Shown here piece after piece: positions 24,256-33,827 of a stretch of 64,000 bases of DNA. The notes beneath the pieces are model-generated. The model was given only the letters and a program-made list of their open reading frames with translations, made no database searches and was not told the origin of the DNA. The position numbers and the translations under genes were made by a program. The stretch comes from Pristiophorus japonicus (lineage: Eukaryota). The stretch covers positions 86,180,001-86,244,000 of the forward strand of contig NC_091995.1 in assembly GCF_044704955.1 (NCBI RefSeq), read 5' to 3'. Position 1 is the first letter of the stretch, and each line of letters opens with the position of its first letter.

Positions 24256-27200
24256 CTGGAAATAAAGAAACCAAAAACAGAAATGAGAGAATACAGAGAG
24301 TTAGCATGCAGGTACAGCAAGCAATTAGGAAGGCAAACGGTACGTTGTCCTTTATTGCAAGGACATTGGAGTACAAGAGTAAGGAATATATTCAAAGCTG
24401 AGATAGATAGATTTCTGGACTCTAGAGGAATTAAGGGATATGGAAATCGGGCGGGTATGTTTAGTTGAGGTTTAAGATCAGCCATGATCTTATTTAATGG
24501 TGGAGCAGACTCGAGGGGTGGTATAGCTTACACCTGCTCCTAATTCTTAGGTTCTTATACATCAAGGCTGAGAAATCAGACTGGGCTTACTACCTACTTC
24601 TGTGACTGCACCAAAGAACCATATCCTTCAGCCTGCGGTAAGTCGATAGGGTGAATTCACATTGCAGCATGGCCAACAATTCTGTCAAACCAGCTGATTT
24701 TACCAGCTTGGAGGGCTTGTGTTGTTTCTCTCTATAGCCCAATGTAATTGGGTTGCCAACTTCTGGTTAGTTGTATTCCTGGAGGTTTAATCACATGATC
24801 CTTCTGCCCCCGCCCCCACACGCCTGCCATTGGTTGCCCGGCATGTCTAACCTCGCATCTCGTGTGACCAGATAGCAGCAGTCACTGTGACAGAGTTAGG
24901 AGCAGTGAATGAGCTAACAAACATGGCTGCATATGACACCGCTATTCCTGGCCACAATTGATATGATTGGGTAATTTCCCTGTCAATCACGGCAAGAGAC
25001 CGCAGTGCTGTAAGTAACTGGTGTAATGTATGTACCTGCGAATGTGCTCACAGGTTCACTGTGAGTGACTTAGCCAGTCACGTGATGTTCGCAGGACTCA
25101 ATAAAACCCCAGTCAATTGAGTTCAGGTTCTCTACGATGAGGCATGCATTTGTGAACCTGGTGGATGAACTAGTCGTGTTCAGTTTGATTTTTAAACCTT
25201 TGCTAATAAACCAGCTAGTACTTTACAGCAAATATGTAGCAGTGAATTCTTAAGCAAAGAAACCATGAAGCAAATACACTACAACTGGGGTTGATTTTAA
25301 GCACAGAATTCACTCACTGCACAGTGCTGGAGAAATCACCCTGCTTTTATCAGGAGACATTGCTGTAGTTTCGATCATAAGTTCTGCTTGCTGTAGTAAA
25401 CAGAGACTCTGTTTAAATAGACTGTAGGCTGTTTGCTGTCGTGTGCTATTTAGATAGACTCCTATGCTATAAAATAGACTGTTTGCTGCGAGTCCCGCCC
25501 CGCCTCCAACTCATTGGCTGACACAGTGACAACAGATACTCTGAACATTGATATTAGAATCAACAGCCTTCTTGTTTTGAAATACAGACAAATAACTGTG
25601 CCTCTTCAGCGATTTAAAGAACCAGGGAGATAGAATACCAGAGATGGAAAATGAGTGTTTTAACACAGTACAGTACACTACCCTCCTATTAGCTGTAATA
25701 TATACTGACAATTTTTTGATGTATGCCTGGCGCTACACCTTCAAACTGTGAGGTCAGAGTTGGTGGCGGGTAGGCGGGGGGTGGGAGGGGTGGTGGGGTG
25801 GTGGCGGGGATGTGTGGGGATGTTAGAAATCAGGGGTTCAAATTGTCTAAAACTAACACAAAGGATATTGTATTTAAATCGTTGTTTTGAACTGGAGCCA
25901 AAATGTCTCCTCAGAATCGTATTAGATGCTTAGAAATGCTAAACTTTTGGTACCCTGCTGAGATTCTGCACTATGACAGCTGTAATCTGTTGTTTTCAAG
26001 TTAAGACTTCAACTTTGTTTATGTATCTTCAAGACAATGTGTTAAACATTTGTTATGTCATAAAGGAGGTAACACTCTGAAGCGAGCAGTTTTCTGGTTT
26101 GGCCTCATGGCATCAAAGGCAGGATACGGACGAAAGAGATAAGATACGAATTTCAAACTGAAGAAACCCTGGGAAGTATAAACAAGACATGTTGCCAAAA
26201 TCGGAAGCCATCTTTAGGGCGGGTTCTTGAAACAAGAATCGAGACAAAGAATGAGAAGCCTTATTGAATAGCAAGTTTTTAGGAGAGCCTCTATAGGTCA
26301 AAAGATCTTGTCAATATCCCAGGTCAGGCCCACCCCATAAAAGAGAATAAAAATAACACTTGGAGAGGGGAGAGTGAAACAGAAGTTGAGCTGGTCGAAC
26401 ACTCTTCGAATGATCTCATGCTTTACCGAAAGAAGCTCTGGTCAAAGGGAAAGAGACTGCAAGCCAGAGAACTGCTCACATGTGTCAGCTGTTTGTCCGA
26501 ACGAATCGGTATTAACTATGTGCTACGGTCGTATGTTTTTGCTGTATAACTAATGTGTTAAATTCCATTTTAAACTCTGATTAAACACAATATATCCACC
26601 AGATTGGTTTACAGTCGATCCTGATTATTAAAGTGACCAACCAGAGATAGCCTGAAACTTGGCTATTTCCATTAGGTGGGAGATGATAAATGTGTTACAG
26701 TTTGCTCCTTTCATTATCAGCAAAGGGCAGCAAGGTTACCTCACTGAGCGATTTTCAGCCCAGCCCTGCCTTACCTTGACCTCCGCCCCGTGGCTGAAGG
26801 GAAAGTTGGAGTCTCTCTGCTCGCACTCCCAGCTGCCATGGCGCATGGAGTTGCAGACGATCACGGCTCCGTCACGCTCATCGTGGAAACGGGGGCTGAA
26901 GTGCATGGCGATGTGGTCCGCGCAGCTCCCAAGGTTCACCACAAAGCTGGGCCCGGAAAGAAAGCAGAGAATCAGTGTCTGCACCACGGATTTCAGTCAA
27001 CCTGGAAATGTGCCATGCCTTTCTGCCGGTGCGTGTCTGTGGCTCATTCACAGAAGAATAGTAAGCAAGGTTGGTACAGTGACAGACCCCATGCTATACG
27101 TCCCAGAATTATAGCAGAGAGTCGTAGAATCATAGAAATTTACGACACGGAAGGAGGCCATTTCAGCTCATCGTGTCCGCGCCGGCTGATAAACCCAGCC

Positions 27201-30200
27201 TCAACCCACTTTCCAGCTCTTGGTCCGTGGCCCTGTACGTTAATGCCGTTTCAAGTGCACATCCAAGTATTTTTTAAATGTGGTGAGGGTTTCTGCCTCT
27301 ACCACCCTTTCAGGCAGTGAGATCCAGACCCCCACCACACTCTGGGTGAACGAAATTCTCCTCGATTCCCCTCTAAACCTCCTACCAATTACTTTAAATC
27401 TATGCCCCTAGTTATTGACCTCTCTACTGTGGAAAATAAGTCCTTCCTATCCACTCTATCTAAGCCCCTCATAATTTTATACACCTCAATCATGTCTCCC
27501 CTCAGCCTCCTCTGGTCCCAAGAAAACAACCATCCTCATAGTTAAAATTCTCCAGTCCTGGCAACATCCATTTTTATTCTCAAGGTAAATGAAACAGTCC
27601 CTGTAATTATCATTAGTTCCTACATACTGTATTGTGAGGTACTCCTCACTAAAATGGTGGATTGGCCTTGGAGGGAGTGCAATGTAGGTTTACCAGAATG
27701 ATGCCCGGACTTCCAGGGTTAAGTAACGAGGAAAGACTGCACAAATTAGGGTTGTATTCCCGAGAAGTTGGAAGGATAAGGGGCGATCTGGTCAAACTTT
27801 TCATAGTATTATGAGGAACAGATGGGGAGAAACTATTTCAGCTGGTTGGGGATTTTAGGATAAGGGGGCATAGCGTAAAAATTAGAGCCAGACTTTTCAG
27901 GAGTGAAATTAGGAAAAACTTCCACACACAAAGGGTGGTATGAGTTTGGGAATTTCTTCCGCAAACGGCAATTGATGCTAGATCAATTGTTAATTTTAAA
28001 TCGGAGCTTGATAGCTTTTTGTTAACTAAAGGTATTAAGGGATGTAGGGCAAAGGTGGGTATATGTAGTTAGATCGCAGATCAGCCATGATCTCATTGAA
28101 TGGCGGAACAGGCTTGAGAGGATGAATATCCTCCTCCTGTTCTTATGTTCCGTTGATTCCAATATGAGGAAACTCAGGCGGGATCTACAACGGGCGAACG
28201 ATCTGATCCGTCAGGTTACCACCCATTGGCTAAGTGGAAAATGAACCCCGTTGAGCCTTAATACTGAAACGACTATTATCTTTGTTTACCCTCTCAGTGA
28301 AGAAACTTCTCCTCATCCGGCATTCGGTTAAGAAACGGAGGTGGGGGGAAAGAAAACGTTAATCTTACCTGGAACAATTATCTGCAATCCTCCCTTTAAT
28401 CTTCAGAGTGTCTCCGCGTGTCATATCCATGTTATGCACTTCAAACTGTTGTTTGATGTTGAAAAGAAAACAATATTAATATAATGCAATATTTTCTCTC
28501 TTATTTAAAAGAAACCTGTTGTGAGTATGCTCACAGCTTTGTCGAGCTGCTGCATTGTGAGTGGCTTAGCCAGTCACATGATGTTCACAAGACACCATAA
28601 AACCCCAGTCAGTTGGGTCTAGGTCATCTGCGATGAGGTATGCAGTTGTGAGCCTAGTGGATGAACTGGTAAGGTGTAGTTTGATTGTTAAACCTGTGTT
28701 AATAAACCAACTAGTTCTTAATAGCAATGTGTTGCTATGAATTCTTAAGCAAAGAACCCATGAAGCAAATACATTACAAAATCCTGAATGATATAAAACC
28801 CCACAGAATTTCACTTGTGAATAGGGATGCATTTGCACAACTATTTCCCCGAGTACACGGACGCGTATACACACACACATATCCTCGCAGGTGCACGTAT
28901 GCACACTCACGAGTGTATACAGACAAAACAACTGTCAAGATCATTACAAGCTCAAGAAGCTTGATCCCATCCTGGAGAAAGCAGCCCACTTGATCGGCAC
29001 CCATCCCTCCTTCAAGATTCACTCCCTCCCCCACCAGTGCACCATGTCTGAAACATGTACCATCCACAAGATGCATTGCAGCAACTTGCCAAGGCTTCTT
29101 CGACAGCACCTCCCAAACCCTTGACCTCTGCCGCCTAGAAGGACAGGGGCAGCAGACGCATGGGAACACCACTACCTGCAAGTTTCCCTTCAGATTATAC
29201 CCCATCCTGACTTGAAAATATATCGCCGTTCCTGCATCGTCGCTGGGTCAAAATCCAGGAACCCCCTCCCTAACAGCACTGTGGGAGCACCTTCACCACA
29301 CGGACTGCAGCGGTTCAAGTAGATGGCTCACCACCTCCTTCTCAAGGGTAATTAGGGTTGGGCAATAAATGATGGCCTTGCCAGCGACGCCCACACCCCA
29401 GGAAGGAATTTTAAAAAGTCACGAATATCCAAACGAAGTTCACAAAAAGGGACATAAAAGTTTGATTCTTCACACTCGATATTTAAGAGGGCTGATGGTG
29501 ACAGCCCTTCTTCCAGTATCTGAAGGCTTTTAAGTGGTAGCAATCTTTCCTCTGTGTCATGGGAGACGAATTGAACTTTAATTTCTGATACTAATAAATG
29601 GTAACGGAATGATGTATAGTATAATGGAATAATAACAATGTTATTAATGTCTTTAATGATGACTTTAACTTCTGCCACTAAAGGCTGATAAATGAATGAT
29701 TGCATGGTATGAAGGAATAATCACGATGTTTTAAATGTGTTTTACGCTGAATAAATCCAATAAAAATAAAATATTAATCACAATCTAGCCTCCAAACTTC
29801 TAATTTTGCCCTCTTGAGCATCCCTATTGCCTTCTACCTTTTTCTCCTCATTGAAGGCGCTCCTTAAAACCTACATCTTTGACATAGCTTTTGGTCACCT
29901 GCCCTAATATCGCCTTATGTAGCTTGTTGTCAAATTTTCGCTCTTGTGAAGCATCTTGGGATGTTTTACTACATTAAAGGCGCTGTATAAATGCAAATGG
30001 TTGTTGTGGGAAGGTTGTGGGTTGAAGTGCCACTCCAGAGGTAGGGCACAAAATCTAGCAATATGGTGGCGTTTGTAGTGAGGGAAGTTATCCAGCCCAG
30101 TACTCCGGGTGTGGGGTCACGGACGTATGAAGACAAAAAGGGCTGGAGACCCAGTGGATTCAGGACCCAACCTAAATTTCATTCCATAAATTTCACTCAA

Positions 30201-33200
30201 TATCATTTTCCCAGCGAGGCTCATTCAATTCCCAGTGCTTCACACTAGGTGACGCTGTCACTCACAAGTTAGCTGTCCCTGAACTAACTGGTGCCTATAT
30301 ATTGCAAGCTCTATCTCTTAAATGAAAAGGTGTGAAGCTCTTGGGAATCGTATGTTGTCTGTTCAGCTCGGCCCCTTGCTGGGCACACAGAATGTAAATC
30401 ATTCGAGCATCAGAGTGTAACCATCGGCTCCCCAAGGATTCATTGATGGGCATTATCTGGACATTGTGTTTTAATATTTCCCACTGCAGAAAAAGCTGGC
30501 AGCCTGTTGCGGGAGGGGCCCAGGTATTTTTCCATGTTGTACACGAAATTTACATCTGATCAGTGTAAAGTGGTCAGTGATAAAGCCATTACCTGGATGA
30601 GATAACTCCGAGAGGCGAGAAACCAGAACAAAAGAAAACCATTAAGCCCAGTCCGGTTGGAAGCGAAAACCCATCCCCAGCCATCACTGGAATACACATG
30701 GGCCACTCAGACAGAAGCTTCGACACAAGGAAAAACTTTATTTGGCCAGAAGAAGCAAACAGACTTTAGATATAAAAGTTGGCCGTGAGGCCATCTCTCC
30801 GTCTCTTTTGCTCTCGCTTGCTTCACCTCTACAAGGACCGAGCACGCCATCTGGGACAGAGAGAAGAAACCATCAACAAGCAACTAGAGTCTTACTATTC
30901 AACTGTGAAACATAGAAACATAGAAAATAGGTGCAGGAGTAGGCCAGCTAATCTTGAGACTGGGACTTGGATACCATAGACAGTACGGAACCAGAAGAGA
31001 CACGTTTTCACCAGGAGAAGCAGCAAGTAAGCCAACGAATCGGTGAACATCATCCCTGCCCACGCATCTTTAAGATCACAGTCACTGTGTGAGGAGGTGT
31101 CGTGTGATCTCCCAACCAAGCCGTAAGAAGGGTTTTAGTGGGGAGGTTTTGCTACAAGGACCATAGGGGTGTGCCCAGCCGGTCGGTACAGATTCGGCGG
31201 TACACTGTGGATCCGCGCAGAGAGTTTAGATGTTGGGTACTTCGCGATAGGAGCATTTAGACATGCCAGGGTATTGGACCGAACTGCATCGTCACTGTAT
31301 TTACTTGTAGTTTTGCTGTGTTGAGGTAGCTTTAATAAAGCATTGACGGTTGAGACCGAGGTATTTGTCCGTGACTCATTTATCTGTTCAGTATAGCAAT
31401 CACTCCCAGGTCTAGAACTAGTGTAACGTGGGGGTGCGTCGAACACCTAAGGGAAACTACTTTCAAGAGTGCAAACAACTATGGTATGAAAGCAACTTCC
31501 CATTATCCGTAATTAACATTCTAACGCCCCGAATTTGGTGAAAGCTAAGTTCTGCCCAAAGGACAGCTGAGATCCTGATGGTACTTTGGACAGAAGTTTC
31601 ATGAAAGTTCTGGAAAGACTGCCCGGCGGCAGAAAAAGAGACTTGCCCCCTGAATCTGGGCAGCAGCGGGCGGGAGCTCCCATTCTCGGCGGCAAATGCA
31701 ATCCTCGGCAAAGTACCGCCGAGGATTGAGTTGGGCCCAAGGAGGGGGGAACAGATAAAATTAAAGATTTCAAAACATTAAACGTTAGAAAACCTTCAGG
31801 GGACTCCATCCACCTGAATCGCTGCAAAAAAAAATAAAGTAAAGAAGTATATTAACCTTTTTTTGCAGGTCTTCTTCCGTACCGTTGAGGTTAGACCTGC
31901 CTCCACACGGTTGTCTTTTCCCCTGCTGGAGCGAAGGACCGCCCGGACCAAACTGGCAGCTCGGTGGGCGGGAGGACACTTACGTGCACTACATGCCAGC
32001 AGAAGTCAGCGGGCAGTCCCCAGTGGCCTTCCCTTCCCGTCAGCGGGAGGCCTCCACCAAACTCGCTCAGACGGGAGACCGCCCAGAAAACGCGGCAGCA
32101 ACGGATTGTAAGTCCACCAATTTCAGCCTAATCCCACCTTCCAGCACTAGGTGCGTAACCCTGCAGGTCATGGCTTTAAGTGCATATCCAAGTACTTTTT
32201 AGATGTGGACCCCAACCTCTGTCGTTGAGTACGCAGATGATGCCTCTGTCTGCACACATTCTGAGGCTGAACTCCAGGATATAGTCGACGTATTTACTGA
32301 AGCATACGAAAGCATGGGCCTTACGCTAAACATCCGTCAGACAAAGTTACTCCACCAGCCTGTCCTCGCCGCACAGCACTGCCTCCAAATCATCAAGACC
32401 CACGGCGCGGCCCTCGACAACGTGGACCATTTCCCATACCTCAGGAGCCTCTTATCAACAAAAGCAAACATTGATGCGATGATGCAACACCGCCTCCAGT
32501 GCAGTCTTCGGCCGCCTGAGGGAAAGAGTATTCGAAGACCAGGCACTGAAATCTACCACCAAGCTCATGGTCTACAGGGCTGTAGTAATACCCGCCCTCC
32601 TCTATGGCTCAGAGTAATGGACGATGTACAGAAGACACCTCACCAACGATGTCTCCGCAAGATCCTACAAATCCCCTGGGAGGACAGGTGCACCAACATC
32701 AGTGGTCTCGTCCAGGCTACCATTGAAGCATTGACAACACTCGATCAGCTTCGCTGGCAGGCCACATAATTCACATGCCAGGCATGAGACTTCCAAAGCA
32801 AGTGCTCTATGCGGAGCTCTTTCACGGCAAACGAGCCAAAGATGGGCAGCAAAAACGTTACAAGGACACCCTCAAAACCTCCCTGATCAAGTGCAACATC
32901 CCCACTGACACCCTGGAGTCCCTGGCCAAAGACCGCCCTAAGTAGAGAAAGTGGATCCGGGAGGGTGCTGAGCACTTCGAGTCTCAACGCCGAGAGCGTG
33001 CAGAAATCAAGCGCAGGCAGCGGAAAGAGCGCACGGCAAACCAGTCCCACCTGCCCCTTCCCTCAACGACTATCTGTCCCACCTGTGACAGAGTCTGTGG
33101 CTCTTGTATTGGACTGTTCAGCCACCAAAGAACTCAATTCAGGAGTGGAAGCACATCTTCCTCGATTCCGAGGGACTGCCTATGATGATAATGATGAGTT

Positions 33201-33827
33201 GTGATGAGAGTTTCTACCTCTACCAACCTTTCAGGCAGTGAGTACCAGACTCCCACGAATCTCTGGGTGAAAATTTTTTTCCTCCTCTCCCTCTAATCCT
33301 TCTACCACTTACTTTAAATCTATGTCACCTGGTTATTGACCCCTCTGCAAAGGGAAATAAGTCCTTCCTATCCACTCTATCTACGTCCATCATAATATTA
33401 TGCAGCTCAATAAGATCTCCCCTCAGCCTCCTCTGTTTCAGCAAAAACAACCCCAGCCAATCCAATCTTTCCTCATTGCGAAAATTCTACAGTCCAGGAA
33501 ACATCCTTGTAAATCTCTGTACCCTCTCTAGTGCAATCATATCTTTCCTGCAGTGTGGTCAGCAGAACTGCATGCAGTACTCAAGCTGTGGACTAACTAT
33601 TGTTGTATACAGTTCAAGCATAACCTCCCTGCTGTTGTATTCTATGCCTCGGCTAATAAAGGAAAGCATCCCGAATGCCTTGTTAACTACCTTATCGACC
33701 TGCCCTGCTACCTTTAAGGATCTGTGAACATACACTCCGAGGTCCCTCTGTTCCTCACACCTCTCATAATTACAAAGACAAAATGCCAACCTCCCCGAAA
33801 GTTTCACTGTATTTTACTCGCCGTCAT
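24106..33827 (-). CDS. lgals2: Prototype galectin (galectin-2/-1-like), copy B, 4 coding exons: 33822-33827, 28369-28445, 26775-26946, 24106-24255; 134 aa
   Basis: Manual splice gives [134 protein letters not shown]. Galectin motifs present (FVVNLG, HFxPRF, IVCNS, WxxEQR, FPNRL). Intron phases 0/2/0 as in vertebrate LGALS1/2. The EVxNMDMxxGxTLKI N-terminus is LGALS2-like. The exon-1 donor is GC. The symbol means lgals2-like; orthology is untested. Confidence 0.85.
25022..25283 (+). mobile_element. Short solo LTR family member in galectin intron 3; duplicate at 55083-55344
   Basis: TSD ACTGG; same family as 7220 and 8901. Confidence 0.8.
26775..26946 (-). CDS. lgals2: Galectin copy B exon 3 (172 nt, carbohydrate-recognition exon)
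   Basis: cccag|CTTTGTGGTGAAC...GAGGTCAAG|gtaagg; lies inside ORF 26736..26987; encodes FVVNLG...HFSPRF...IVCNS...WECEQR. Confidence 0.95.
27120..28150. mobile_element. Two head-to-head CR1 3' fragments in galectin intron 2 (minus about 27120-27570, plus about 27650-28150); duplicate at about 57130-58190
   Basis: tagaatcatagaa tail and [14 protein letters not shown]...RRLRGD (ORF 57413..57598); plus-strand copy ends ttcttatgttc. Confidence 0.75.
28369..28445 (-). CDS. lgals2: Galectin copy B exon 2 (77 nt)
   Basis: ttttcttttcaacatcaaacaacag|TTTGAAGTG...TGTTCCAG|gtaaga; encodes [25 protein letters not shown]. Confidence 0.9.
28517..28778 (+). mobile_element. Short solo LTR family member about 70 bp from the exon 2 acceptor; duplicate at 58557-58818
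   Basis: Homology to 7220-7517; ends CATTACA. Confidence 0.75.
28928..29415 (+). mobile_element. CR1-group LINE 3' end; duplicate at about 58972-59460
   Basis: LKKLDxIxxKAAxLIG...[12 protein letters not shown] motif; gggcaataaatg tail. Confidence 0.7.
30416..31465 (+). mobile_element. Solo LTR (about 1.05 kb, 4-bp TSD; ERV- or Gypsy-derived) in galectin B intron 1
   Basis: TGTAAC...TTTCA ends; TSD AGAG; TATAAAAG near 30771 and AATAAA near 31334; empty site catcagagtgcc at about 4375 in copy A. Confidence 0.8.
31520..32110. mobile_element. GC/CpG-rich non-coding interspersed element, possibly a non-autonomous DNA transposon remnant; duplicate at about 61580-62180
   Basis: Abrupt CpG-rich block whose start is shared with 4437-4510; no terminal inverted repeats confirmed. 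Confidence 0.35.
32201..33197 (+). mobile_element. RTE-clade LINE 3' fragment inserted in CR1
   Basis: [27 protein letters not shown]; (ATG)n tail. Confidence 0.88.
33200..33765 (-). mobile_element. CR1 3' fragment (copy B intron 1), interrupted by an RTE; its 3' end continues at about 32110-32200
   Basis: ORF 33559..33807; homologous to 11160-11735. Confidence 0.85.
33822..33827 (-). CDS. lgals2: Galectin copy B exon 1 (ATG ACG, Met-Thr)
   Basis: Minus strand cgcaaag ATG ACG|gcgagt. Homologous sites read ATG ATG|gtgagt (63906-63911) and ATG GCA|gtgagt (11789-11794). A 6-nt coding first exon matches LGALS2. Confidence 0.7.

Noticed and set aside
25981-26699. Possible additional solo LTR (TGTAA...TTACA) in intron 3
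   Set aside because: The termini are suggestive but I could not find a matching TSD; left unannotated
26659-27320. Plus-strand ORFs of 151 and 176 aa overlapping exon 3
   Set aside because: Antisense shadows of a GC-rich exon running into CR1 sequence; lengths differ in the duplicate
30255-30310. TATA-like sequence plus a GTGAGT donor in intron 1 (also near 500 and 60240) as galectin exon 1
   Set aside because: No ATG before the donor and the TATA-like box is only about 30 nt from it; a better ATG-NNN|GTGAGT exon exists at 11789, 33822 and 63906
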